From: an uncultured virus (IMG/VR IMGVR_UViG_3300027770_000003)
Lineage: Duplodnaviria > Heunggongvirae > Uroviricota > Caudoviricetes
DNA: 64,000 nt
Reading direction: 5' to 3' (one strand)
Virus record (IMG/VR): IMGVR_UViG_3300027770_000003
The number at the start of each line of letters is the position of its first letter. Position 1 is the stretch's first letter. Of this stretch, positions 16,203-25,029 are shown one piece after another. A model generated the notes under the pieces. That model was not told where the DNA came from. It made no database searches and saw nothing but the letters and a program-made list of their open reading frames with translations. The translations under genes and the position numbers were made by a program.

Positions 16203-17033
16203 TTAATTCTTTCCAACCTTAGTTGAACCAATTTTAGCAGGCTTGCCAAGAGATGCTCCAGTAACTGAACCAAATGAAATCGCTGGTGCACCTGGCTGAC
16301 CTGGGCCTTGCTGTGTTGCTGGTGGTGTACTTGCTCCAGCGTTAATGGTCTGTGATGATGAGCGAGCATCTGTATTATTTGCTTGAATGGTAGGGGCGCT
16401 AGTATTGCCACTATAAGTTGCAGCACCTGCTACAGCAGGCTTTTGTCTTGGTCCACGAGCAACTGGAGTTCGTGCACCTGATCTAGTTTGCTGGTCTCTA
16501 GCCGTTCTTTGTGCTCTTTGCTCATCAGTGCGTGGTGTTTTAGGTTTTGCACCTTGTTGACCTTGCGTTGCAGGTTCATTACCGCTGGGGTTGTAAGCAT
16601 TAAGGTTTTGTCCACCCATACCTTGTTGGTTTACCTTCATGCCAGAGTCAGCACCGAACCCCGTAAAATCTCCAATGTGAATACTGTTGTCAATATTTCC
16701 ACCACCGCCACTATCAGCAGGGCCTGCTGCATTACCAGAAACTCCACCTTTAGAACCTCTACCTTTTAACCAGCCTCCACGACCACGAGGGCGCATTCCT
16801 CTTGCTGATACCTGCCAGCCATTCTGCCAACCAATTTGGTTCATCATGTTTGCGCCCAAACCAGTACCTGACCCCTGTGCGTTGTTTGGCATATCAGAAG
16901 CCCCAAAGTTCTTGCTCACACCTGCTGATGGTGCTTGAAATTGTGGTGCTTGGGGCGCTTCTCCACGATTAAGTCTTCCCGTAGCGTTATACAACGGCTG
17001 TTGGCTGACTCCACCAAATCTATTTTCAGGCAT
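16203..17033 (-). CDS. Gly/Gln/Asn-rich low-complexity protein
   Basis: 276 aa, disordered composition. Confidence 0.75.
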   Translation of the reverse strand: MPENRFGGVSQQPLYNATGRLNRGEAPQAPQFQAPSAGVSKNFGASDMPNNAQGSGTGLGANMMNQIGWQNGWQVSARGMRPRGRGGWLKGRGSKGGVSGNAAGPADSGGGGNIDNSIHIGDFTGFGADSGMKVNQQGMGGQNLNAYNPSGNEPATQGQQGAKPKTPRTDEQRAQRTARDQQTRSGARTPVARGPRQKPAVAGAATYSGNTSAPTIQANNTDARSSSQTINAGASTPPATQQGPGQPGAPAISFGSVTGASLGKPAKIGSTKVGKN

Positions 17034-17039
17034 AACCTA

Positions 17040-17360
17040 TTATACCCAAAGACTTTGCATAGAATATCGCCCTGATCCACTGAACTGATCATCTGTCATT
17101 TGTGCTCGTTGCATCATGACTGGAGCACCTGATACCCATGAACGATAATTAGGGCTAAAACGATCAATTGACAGCACATCTGCCACACCAAGTTCTTGCT
17201 TAACAAACCCTCTACGCTCAGGCATTAGTTGCTGAGGAACTGTGGGGCGAATTGCACGAATAGTTGCAGGATCAGAAATAGCAGAATCTAGGGCAATGTC
17301 AACCAGCATCTCTTCACGAGATTGCCAAGGTCTACGAGTGCGAAAGTTGTCTACGGGCAC
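17040..17360 (-). CDS. Hypothetical, putative virion protein
   Basis: 106-aa coupled ORF. Confidence 0.7.
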   Translation of the reverse strand: MPVDNFRTRRPWQSREEMLVDIALDSAISDPATIRAIRPTVPQQLMPERRGFVKQELGVADVLSIDRFSPNYRSWVSGAPVMMQRAQMTDDQFSGSGRYSMQSLWV

Positions 17361-17581
17361 TATTTATCCCAATTAAGTTCTGTTCTCGCCATTGGGTTCA
17401 TGCGCCCTGCTCCAGTAGTTTTACCACTAGGAGTCAAAAAGCCCTCTGATTTAAGATGAGCCTCGTAATCAGATGAGTCACCTTGCATGTGTTTACCCAA
17501 CGCTGCGTCAAACTTATCTTTATAGGCATACATATCTACCCTGCGATTAGGGTGAAACTCTGTACGTTCTCCGTTAGCCAT
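17360..17581 (-). CDS. Small protein with shared N-terminal motif (NGERTEFHPNRRV)
   Basis: TAATG coupling. Confidence 0.7.
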   Translation of the reverse strand: MANGERTEFHPNRRVDMYAYKDKFDAALGKHMQGDSSDYEAHLKSEGFLTPSGKTTGAGRMNPMARTELNWDK

Positions 17582-18072
17582 TAGTACTCTGAACGGTTAC
17601 GATATGCGTCTTTAATATCTCCACGAGAAAACGGTTGATCTTGTCCCTTATCCCGTTGTTTGCGGTAATGGTTAAGCATATCTTGCGCTTCATATTCTGA
17701 AACACGTTCAAGATCAAAACCATTTTGACGCAAAGGTGATGCAATAGAGTAACTATCACGAAAGTCTTGTTCCGCTTGGTGCTCAGGTTCTGTTGTTCCG
17801 TATTCATCGTAATGTACGCCCTCTTCATACTCATCTAAAGCAGAATTAAGATGCCCTGCAAGTACTCCTGACAAACGTGGAAGATCCGAACGGCCTTTTG
17901 GAGGTGTGTAGTCAGATGAGCCTTTTGGTTTAGCAGTTATTCTTGGTTTTGCAACCTTTTGAACACGAGGGTCATCACCAAAGCCAACACCGATTTCAGC
18001 GTACCTGCTACCTAATGCTTCTTTAGTAACCTTACGGTTTGAATGATGTCGGGTATCGTCACCTCTAGGCAT
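17581..18072 (-). CDS. Protein with shared N-terminal motif (RGDDTRHHSNRKV)
   Basis: TAATG coupling. Confidence 0.75.
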   Translation of the reverse strand: MPRGDDTRHHSNRKVTKEALGSRYAEIGVGFGDDPRVQKVAKPRITAKPKGSSDYTPPKGRSDLPRLSGVLAGHLNSALDEYEEGVHYDEYGTTEPEHQAEQDFRDSYSIASPLRQNGFDLERVSEYEAQDMLNHYRKQRDKGQDQPFSRGDIKDAYRNRSEY

Positions 18073-18323
18073 TAGTAACCCTTTTCTGTTTCGCTAAATC
18101 CTGAATCCATACCTTGTACGCCTTCAGCATCAGATGTTTTGTCATTGCCCCAATGTTCTGGTGCTTCTGGATTTTGATCATGTGCTTCGTTTGCTCCACA
18201 CATTGGGCAATAATCCTCTTTACCGTAGTTAGGGCTAGTCATTGCAGCCATTTTTGCAATGTCAAGCGCATAACGACTTACTCCACGCTTTGGATGATTA
18301 CGAGTGTCTTCACCTTTAGGCAT
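18072..18323 (-). CDS. Small protein with shared N-terminal motif (KGEDTRNHPKRGV)
   Basis: TAATG coupling; CPMC. Confidence 0.75.
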   Translation of the reverse strand: MPKGEDTRNHPKRGVSRYALDIAKMAAMTSPNYGKEDYCPMCGANEAHDQNPEAPEHWGNDKTSDAEGVQGMDSGFSETEKGY

Positions 18324-19705
18324 TATGGCTTCTCCGTTCGTGGATTCTTTGGCTTAGATGTTGTTGGGCGACCAGAACTTTTAGCGTTTTGCGCTTTTGC
18401 GCTTGTCTGTGTTGCTGGACCGCCTGTTGAAAGAACATTTGCATTCTTATTTGCAGATGTAGCCCTACCTGCTGTACTGGCTACTGTTGGACCACTGTTA
18501 ATAGTTGCGCCTTTAACATTGCCATAGGTGTTGCCATCACCAGTGTTTGCTTGAATAGTGGCATAGTTGTTATTGATTGAACCACTGCCACCACCTGCTG
18601 GAGGTGCACCACCGCCACCATTGTCATTGAAAGCATTAAAGTTTTGCCCACCCATACCTTGTTGATTTACAGTATGACCACCTTGAAAGTGTTGTGACCG
18701 TGAAGAAGTAGGTGCCATCGGAGATGATGTTGATGTAGAAGGAGTTGGTCCTGCTGAAGGAGTTGGAGTTGGTCCTGCTGAAGGAGTTGGAGTTGGTAGA
18801 GGTGACCCTTTAGCCGAATCATGTCCACCAAAGAAGCCACGAAGACGAGCACCCATTCCACCTTTAGCAGACTTATCTGCTGTTGCGGGTGGCATTGACT
18901 TGGTAATACCAGCGTCTTCATCAGACCAGTCATGGAATTCAGGTCCAGGTGTACCACGACCTTCAGGTGCTGTTGTTGGATCAAACCCACGCAAGCCACT
19001 GTCACGGTCTCTACGAATACGATTCATAGCGGCTGTACCTTTTGCTTGGCTCTTTGTACCAGTTACTGGTTCTGACTTACCTGTCTTGTCCGTATTTAGG
19101 ATGTATGCTCCACCAGACTTCTTATCAGCAATAGGGGCAGAAACTTCTGGATCCTTTGCTTCTTCAGAAGATGTCGGAACATCGGGGGAGTTCCACAATG
19201 CTTTTGCTTCAGCAGAGTCTGCTTTAACTTGTTTGCCTTCATCAGAATTCAAATAGTCTTGGTTTTCTTTTTCGGCTGCATCAGTAATAGCATCCATCTT
19301 CTTTGTGCCCTTAAACCTACCCAAGTCAACAACTTGCTTTGAACTATCTTTACGAGGAACTTGTGCAGTAGCAGGGGCAGTAGGCTTCTCTTCTACTTTA
19401 GGCTTCATTTCCGTTTTAGGCATTGCTTCTGCTTTAGGCTTCTTACCTGCTTTAGGCTTCTTGCCAGTTTCTTTTAGCACAGTCCCTAGTTCTTTGGGGG
19501 TTGGTGGCTTATTATCACTTTCTTTTGCTGCTACTTCTTCGTCAGACAGTTCCTTGTAACTTCCACCAGCAGCCGTTACATCTGTCATTAACTTGGCTCT
19601 ATCCTTATCGTTCATTTTGGCAGAATACCTTTTTTTGGCATCTTTATATGTCTTAGCCGTAGCCTCTGGTTTCCACTTGAATTCGTTTGGATCTTTCTTA
19701 GCCAC
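18323..19705 (-). CDS. Lys/Pro/Gly-rich low-complexity protein
   Basis: 460 aa, disordered composition; GTG start with GAGGAG RBS. Confidence 0.8.
   Translation of the reverse strand: MAKKDPNEFKWKPEATAKTYKDAKKRYSAKMNDKDRAKLMTDVTAAGGSYKELSDEEVAAKESDNKPPTPKELGTVLKETGKKPKAGKKPKAEAMPKTEMKPKVEEKPTAPATAQVPRKDSSKQVVDLGRFKGTKKMDAITDAAEKENQDYLNSDEGKQVKADSAEAKALWNSPDVPTSSEEAKDPEVSAPIADKKSGGAYILNTDKTGKSEPVTGTKSQAKGTAAMNRIRRDRDSGLRGFDPTTAPEGRGTPGPEFHDWSDEDAGITKSMPPATADKSAKGGMGARLRGFFGGHDSAKGSPLPTPTPSAGPTPTPSAGPTPSTSTSSPMAPTSSRSQHFQGGHTVNQQGMGGQNFNAFNDNGGGGAPPAGGGSGSINNNYATIQANTGDGNTYGNVKGATINSGPTVASTAGRATSANKNANVLSTGGPATQTSAKAQNAKSSGRPTTSKPKNPRTEKP
18741..18797. repeat. 24-bp in-frame tandem repeat encoding PTPTPSAG
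   Basis: GGAGTTGGTCCTGCTGAAGGAGTT repeated about 2.4 times. Confidence 0.85.
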
Positions 19706-19750
19706 AGTATTCTCCTCTAAGGATTGAGATGTATATACTTTACCAGTTAA

Positions 19751-20251
19751 TCAACGCCAAGAAGGGCGAAGAGAACTGAGTTTGGCACGGCGTTCAGCGT
19801 CAATGTATTCAGCATTCTGACGCTCGTCTACACGGGGAATACCTTTAGGTCCTACTTTGCCATCATTAGTCAAAACAACTGGGGCTGCTCCAGGAGGGGC
19901 AAACTTCTGACCCCTTGACTCATAGGCAATGCCTGTCCAGAGATTGAACTCATCGGGCCAAATGTAGTCACCTGCGTTAATGCGCTCACCCTTGTGCACA
20001 CCACGAGAATACTGACGGGCATTTAAACGGCTCAGTGTTCCTGTAATTTTGTCTTGCCTACGATTGGAAGACATTGTCCCAAGGTATCCGTCTGGATACG
20101 TTGTGTCTGGCATAGAACGATACCCAGCCAGTTGGTAATCCTTGTTATTACGGAATACTGGGGCAGGACCAAACTGGGGCTGTGATCCAGCGCCAGGTGG
20201 CTCTGAAGGCGAACTCCAGTTATTAAAGGAGGTTTGTGAAGAGCCAGCCAC
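19751..20251 (-). CDS. Hypothetical, putative virion protein
   Basis: YPDGYLGT...RRQDK...YSRGVHKGERI; C-terminal PSWR. Confidence 0.7.
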   Translation of the reverse strand: MAGSSQTSFNNWSSPSEPPGAGSQPQFGPAPVFRNNKDYQLAGYRSMPDTTYPDGYLGTMSSNRRQDKITGTLSRLNARQYSRGVHKGERINAGDYIWPDEFNLWTGIAYESRGQKFAPPGAAPVVLTNDGKVGPKGIPRVDERQNAEYIDAERRAKLSSLRPSWR

Positions 20252-20385
20252 TAGACGTTTCCAGCCATACCCTGATTAGCAGTAGTAACAAACCCACCAG
20301 CAGAACCAGCCACTGCGGTGATAGGGCGTGGCTTTTCCTTCTTAACAACTTTTTCTTTCTTTACTTTCTTCTTTATAACGACCAT
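20251..20385 (-). CDS. Small basic protein (44 aa)
   Basis: MVVIKKKVKKEK...NQGMAGNV; coupled on both sides. Confidence 0.55.
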   Translation of the reverse strand: MVVIKKKVKKEKVVKKEKPRPITAVAGSAGGFVTTANQGMAGNV

Positions 20386-20606
20386 TACTTCCACCTCATC
20401 TTGTTATTTGGATCCATTGGATCTATTGGTTCAGCATCACTATTCCAGTCAAATGGTTTATCTGGAAGACCACCTGTTTTAGTTGGTGGTTTCTTTGGCG
20501 GTTGTTTCCCACCACCACCTGTAGACGTGCGAGCACCACCTTTTTTCCACTCTTTAGTATTGAGGTAAGGACCGTCAATCTCGTCTAATCGGTGAGTTAG
20601 TGGCAT
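20385..20606 (-). CDS. Small hypothetical protein (DKPFDW motif)
   Basis: 73-aa ORF. Confidence 0.6.
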   Translation of the reverse strand: MPLTHRLDEIDGPYLNTKEWKKGGARTSTGGGGKQPPKKPPTKTGGLPDKPFDWNSDAEPIDPMDPNNKMRWK

Positions 20607-20627
20607 ACGTAATCAGTATTCATTTCT

Positions 20628-20927
20628 CTAGTATGCATTGCCTTTGATCCCACGTAAACTCATTGGACCAAGAATATTGCCTTGATCGTCATACTCAGAC
20701 TCTTCTTTACCCCAATTTGCCAATTGTTGCTTTTGCTTGTACTTATACATTTCTTTTTCTGTTTTCTTTGCAGCAACTTCTTTTTTCTTTGACATAGCAG
20801 CATTACTCTTAAGTTCTTTGGCCTTGCGGTCTTCAAAGAATGTAGATTGTTTGTCGTAATACGGTTTGTGTGCAGGGGTGTTTGCAAATGGGTCTGGAAG
20901 TATATTCCCTCTATGGTCTGTTGACAT
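20628..20927 (-). CDS. Lys-rich hypothetical protein
   Basis: MSTDHRGNILP... Confidence 0.6.
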   Translation of the reverse strand: MSTDHRGNILPDPFANTPAHKPYYDKQSTFFEDRKAKELKSNAAMSKKKEVAAKKTEKEMYKYKQKQQLANWGKEESEYDDQGNILGPMSLRGIKGNAY

Positions 20928-20934
20928 ACTGCTT

Positions 20935-21240
20935 TTAGTACCCGTTGCGAAGAGTATCTTCAATAGTACTTGCGCCGTTAGCACCAATATCGTGTTGCAC
21001 GTTTACAACAATTTTACCTCTACCTGTGGGGCGAGATGGGCGCATAATGCCATGTGGAGGTGTTGGGTCGGCTTCTGTTGGGGCAAGTTCTGGTGCATCT
21101 TGTTCCCAATCAAATGGACGATCTGAATGAGCGCCACCTGCGGGATGAGCCTTATATGCAGCATCACGAGAAGCGAACTTACTACGACCAAGGTACGGAG
21201 TAATGTCTATAATGGTTGCGTGTTTACGGATGCGTCCCAC
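20935..21240 (-). CDS. Hypothetical protein (DRPFDW motif)
   Basis: GTG start with GAGG RBS. Confidence 0.6.
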   Translation of the reverse strand: MGRIRKHATIIDITPYLGRSKFASRDAAYKAHPAGGAHSDRPFDWEQDAPELAPTEADPTPPHGIMRPSRPTGRGKIVVNVQHDIGANGASTIEDTLRNGY

Positions 21241-21243
21241 TGT

Positions 21244-21534
21244 CTACCTCACAACTGGTTTAAAGGAAATAGCGGAAATGCTCTCTCCGTTCTCACCTAT
21301 AATATCATCAAATCCCACAATAAAACAAAGGTCTATACCACGAGGGGCGACAAAACCACGAGCAATAGCGCATGCTTTAGCGCCTTGGTTTACAGCACTT
21401 GCGCCGATGGCACGAATCTTAGGCAAGTGACCTGCAACTACCGATCTAGCGAGGATAGAACCCACACTTTGAGGGTTGCTTGATCCTGATACTTTTAGAA
21501 CGTCTTCAACTTTAGCATTCAGTTCCTGGGACAT
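21244..21534 (-). CDS. spoVS: SpoVS-family (Alba-like nucleic-acid-binding) protein
   Basis: VLKVSGSSNPQSV...AIGASAVNQGAKACAIARGFVAPRGIDL. Confidence 0.9.
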   Translation of the reverse strand: MSQELNAKVEDVLKVSGSSNPQSVGSILARSVVAGHLPKIRAIGASAVNQGAKACAIARGFVAPRGIDLCFIVGFDDIIGENGESISAISFKPVVR

Positions 21535-21580
21535 ATTGACTCCTTGTTGTTTGGTATACCTATGTCCCTATAATACCATG

Positions 21581-21946
21581 CTACTTGAAATGGGCTTCTT
21601 TCAACAGTAAGAGCATATCCTCTAAGCGCATTACAGCATAAGAGTCACCAACGGCTGCTGCTCCTTTGCCTGGGCGCTTTACAACAAGCAAAGGTACGCC
21701 CATATGAAGTTTACTGGCTTGCTTTACTGTGTCATTGAGCCACTCACTCAGTTTAAAAGCCTTTTGGTTCTTGGCTTGAATAGCCACTTCTGCCAAAGTA
21801 ATGCGTTGGACTACCCCATGAATATCTCCAGCATCATTCTCTCCAGCAAGGGCAGTTCTTCGTGCGTGAGGGAACCCTTGCTCCTTGAGATAGTTGACTA
21901 AAAGTGTCTCAAAAGAAGTACCTTTGGCTTTATGTTTATTTCCCAT
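21581..21946 (-). CDS. Holliday junction resolvase-like PD-(D/E)XK nuclease
   Basis: KAKGTSFE...DAGDI...IQAKNQK. Confidence 0.75.
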   Translation of the reverse strand: MGNKHKAKGTSFETLLVNYLKEQGFPHARRTALAGENDAGDIHGVVQRITLAEVAIQAKNQKAFKLSEWLNDTVKQASKLHMGVPLLVVKRPGKGAAAVGDSYAVMRLEDMLLLLKEAHFK

Positions 21947-22343
21947 AGCCTAATTCCTCTAATGCATCCTTACCTTTAAAACTAATCTTGTAAACACTTT
22001 GTGAACCACCAGCACGGCTTAATCGTTTTTTAAAAAGATCAGTAAGGTATCCTTCATCTTTGAGGTGTGATACAAGCACCCACCAACCGTGTGTGGTTTG
22101 ATCTAACCCCGTGTACTCTCCCATTTCATCTGTGGTCATATCCGCATGTTCGGCAAAAGCACTAAGGATTGTGTAATACTTATTACCTTCCATAAGTGTT
22201 ACTTTTTGTTTATCATCTTTTTTCTTAATAGACACTTTGGCATCTTTAAGTAACTGCATAAGTCTTTCAAGTTCGTTAGCAGCCTCTACACAGTCTGCTT
22301 TCTTAGGGAAATCTGAACGAAGTCTTTCTAGTAGCGGACGCAT
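21936..22343 (-). CDS. Hypothetical protein with possible winged-helix C-terminus
   Basis: MTTDEMGEYTGL...LKDEGYL...VYKISFKG. Confidence 0.55.
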   Translation of the reverse strand: MRPLLERLRSDFPKKADCVEAANELERLMQLLKDAKVSIKKKDDKQKVTLMEGNKYYTILSAFAEHADMTTDEMGEYTGLDQTTHGWWVLVSHLKDEGYLTDLFKKRLSRAGGSQSVYKISFKGKDALEELGYGK

Positions 22344-22345
22344 CC

Positions 22346-23131
22346 TTACTCCTTGTACTCAGTAATAATTAAGTACCCTGATGTTGTGCAATGCTTATGG
22401 GGAACATCCCTCATATTTTTACGCACAAGCACACGCTGTAGCCAACGGTCTGTGCCATCATAGCGGGCTTGGAAAGGCTTACGACCATGCACGGTTGTAG
22501 CGTTATCAATGATGAGAAGATCACCTGTTTGAAGAATAACTTCTTTGGTGTGCTTCTCAATGGCTTTGTTTAACTCTTCCAAAGCCACCACAGCATCTTG
22601 CCCAAGGCCTACCATAACGGCTTTGTCATACTTCAGTTGGTAAGTCCCATCCCCAAGTGCGTATAGGACAGCAAGGTCTCTTGGCTGATCAGGTTCTCCG
22701 TTAGTTCTAAAACTTTCATCAACAGAAGTACGAAACCAAGGTTGCTTAAGTACATGTATGCACTTGTCGCTTAAATCAGGAAGGATGTCTTCAAGGTCGG
22801 CGTAAGTGGTTGCAGCAGCAGGGTCTCCTCGTAGGCACAACAACAAAACATAGTCGGGTAAATAAGGGTGAAAGCATGACTCAGTGTGTAAGTCTAAGTT
22901 GACTTTAGACGATGTAGATATTTGTGAATACTCTGTCTTTGGGTTTGGCAAAATGTTCTGAACGATACTTCCTTGTTGTTCTTGCAAATATCCAACGGGT
23001 TGACCAAGAGAACGTGCAATACCAAAAAGTAATTTATGCGTTGTAGGGGCTACCTCAGCAGATAACACGGGAACCAAGGGTGTTGCAGGGATGTGCCCAA
23101 TATCTTGATGTTGAAGAAGTGAGATGGTCAT
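22346..23131 (-). CDS. TauD/clavaminate synthase-like Fe(II)/2-oxoglutarate dioxygenase (AsnO-like)
   Basis: LHTE (HxE), PDYVLLLCLR, IIDN..TVHGR, DGTDRWLQR. Confidence 0.85.
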   Translation of the reverse strand: MTISLLQHQDIGHIPATPLVPVLSAEVAPTTHKLLFGIARSLGQPVGYLQEQQGSIVQNILPNPKTEYSQISTSSKVNLDLHTESCFHPYLPDYVLLLCLRGDPAAATTYADLEDILPDLSDKCIHVLKQPWFRTSVDESFRTNGEPDQPRDLAVLYALGDGTYQLKYDKAVMVGLGQDAVVALEELNKAIEKHTKEVILQTGDLLIIDNATTVHGRKPFQARYDGTDRWLQRVLVRKNMRDVPHKHCTTSGYLIITEYKE

Positions 23132-23613
23132 GGCGTAAACCTATGTTGACGAACTTCTTTGCCTGACATCCCAATACGGCGTGACAACTCACGAGAAACA
23201 ACCTGAGCACCACGCTCACAGCGATCAAACACTGTATCTACCAACTTACGGTAGGCACGTTTCTGCATGTGAATCTCAATCTGATCAACAATCTTTGGGT
23301 CAACATCACGCTTGGCCTTAGCCACAGTCACCAAATCACCTTTGGCTTTGTCACCCCACTGCTCAATCAATACGCTGGATTGTAGATATTCCAAAATGTT
23401 ACGCTCACGTTCTTCTGTAATCTCAGCCTGTACCAATTGTGCTTTGGCGAATACTAACCATGCCATGAAGTCTGTATACAACTCCATTAAATCAAAGTCA
23501 CCAATGTCCCCAATGTTTCTAGGTAACTCAGGTAGCAGACCGCTTGGTTTTTTTGGTAACGGAAAGTTTTGTAGGAACAAATCCATCTCTGGTGTTTGGG
23601 TCATCATTGTCAT
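23128..23613 (-). CDS. Helical hypothetical protein, possible UvsY-like recombination mediator
   Basis: Coiled-coil character; position in the recA cluster. Confidence 0.5.
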   Translation of the reverse strand: MTMMTQTPEMDLFLQNFPLPKKPSGLLPELPRNIGDIGDFDLMELYTDFMAWLVFAKAQLVQAEITEERERNILEYLQSSVLIEQWGDKAKGDLVTVAKAKRDVDPKIVDQIEIHMQKRAYRKLVDTVFDRCERGAQVVSRELSRRIGMSGKEVRQHRFTP

Positions 23614-24481
23614 CTTCACTCCTCCAACATGTCTTTTTGTATGAACAGAACTTGCAACCAGTTGAGGATGAGGACTCTGCCCACATTGGTCTCATTGGCG
23701 GTATATCTTTTTGTAATGCTGTCATCAAACGCTTGCAATTGTCAAGCATCGGTTGAACTAGTTCGGGAGTAAATCCTACAACAAACTCTTTAACTTCTTG
23801 CGTAGGCTTCCATTCGTACAGGTACACCATCTCATGAATACCTGTGCAGTACATGTATAGCAACCCTTGTTTGATATGGCTAGGAAATGGTTGGCGAATC
23901 TTCTTCCACAACCCATCTAGGGTAATGTCTCCTTTTTGGTATGAGTTAAACAAGTCTGGTGCTTCAAACCTAACTGTTCCTAAACCAACTGACTTAATCT
24001 CAATCAGCGCACGACCATTAGCATCATTGATAATGCCATCAGCATGCCCAAGAATCATGTGCTCTTCATTGCTTAGTGGCACTTCCCGATATAGCGGATA
24101 AGGGATACCACAACTTGGGCAAGATTTAGGGCTAATTGCTTCCCATTTGTGATTACATATCGTGTTAGAACACTGCCACCAACCTTCTAAAACTCCAGCA
24201 TGGTTTAACCAATCTTGCCATTTAGCATGAATGTAGTGTCCTTCAGCAAATATGTTAAGGCGTTGAAACGAAAAGGTTTCAGGGTCTTTAGGTTGTTCTC
24301 TAATGGTGTACCAGTTGGCACGAGGACACCAATCACGCTTGGCTAGATCACTTGGGTGAATGTGGGCAGTGTCTCTAGTGCTCTCACGATCATCTCTATC
24401 TTTAAGGATCTGTATAGCAACTGTGGGCAAAACACGACCATTCATAGTCAACAACTTTAGATAGTCATTACGCTCACTCAT
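23528..24481 (-). CDS. Cas4-like PD-(D/E)XK exonuclease
   Basis: HPSDL...CPR, GHADG...IEIKS, QGLLYM, CKFCSYKKTC. Confidence 0.85.
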   Translation of the reverse strand: MSERNDYLKLLTMNGRVLPTVAIQILKDRDDRESTRDTAHIHPSDLAKRDWCPRANWYTIREQPKDPETFSFQRLNIFAEGHYIHAKWQDWLNHAGVLEGWWQCSNTICNHKWEAISPKSCPSCGIPYPLYREVPLSNEEHMILGHADGIINDANGRALIEIKSVGLGTVRFEAPDLFNSYQKGDITLDGLWKKIRQPFPSHIKQGLLYMYCTGIHEMVYLYEWKPTQEVKEFVVGFTPELVQPMLDNCKRLMTALQKDIPPMRPMWAESSSSTGCKFCSYKKTCWRSEDDNDDPNTRDGFVPTKLSVTKKTKRSAT

Positions 24482-24701
24482 CGTGGAAGAAACCCGCACG
24501 TTGTAGTACTTGCATACTTTTTGCTATCTTTGTACTTTTTGTTCTGTCACTTGGTTGTTTGGCGAACGCAGAGCGCTTACCAGTTAATAATTCTTTCATG
24601 GCTTCATGATAATGAAACCGAGCACGTTTTAAATCAATTAATCTATTCTTGTGGTAATTATTAGCAAGGCGCTCCGCCTCTTTATATTGCATTGGTGTCA
24701 T
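24474..24701 (-). CDS. Hypothetical basic protein
   Basis: 75-aa ORF with GGAG RBS. Confidence 0.55.
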   Translation of the reverse strand: MTPMQYKEAERLANNYHKNRLIDLKRARFHYHEAMKELLTGKRSAFAKQPSDRTKSTKIAKSMQVLQRAGFFHDE

Positions 24702-25029
24702 TGATCATCTCCAAAAAGTCATCTTCAATAAGCACTACATAGTTTTTACCAGCAAGATCAAACTGCAACACTGGAACCCGTTCTTCAGCAATGGCCCTTA
24801 GCCGTAGTTCTCGCAAGTCCACTTCCTTGAGTGTAATCGTCTTCATGTTCTCTGTCAACTTATTTTCAATAAGAAAGTCATGACTTCTTACATCATTCTT
24901 CCTAAGCCACCCAGCACCTGACCGAGCGTTGCGAGAACCGTTGTATGTTTTTGCTGTGCGTTTCTCTTGCCTTACAGACTTCTTTAGAATTTTCTTATGG
25001 CGATCAGGGTCTTGACCAATTGGTGTCAC
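24682..25029 (-). CDS. Holliday junction resolvase-like nuclease
   Basis: QEKR...SGAGW.RKNDV...LIENK. Confidence 0.7.
   Translation of the reverse strand: MTPIGQDPDRHKKILKKSVRQEKRTAKTYNGSRNARSGAGWLRKNDVRSHDFLIENKLTENMKTITLKEVDLRELRLRAIAEERVPVLQFDLAGKNYVVLIEDDFLEMINDTNAI

Noticed and set aside
23528..24481. Cas4-like gene as evidence of a CRISPR-Cas system
   Set aside because: No repeat-spacer array or other cas genes; stand-alone Cas4-like nucleases are common in phage recombination blocks
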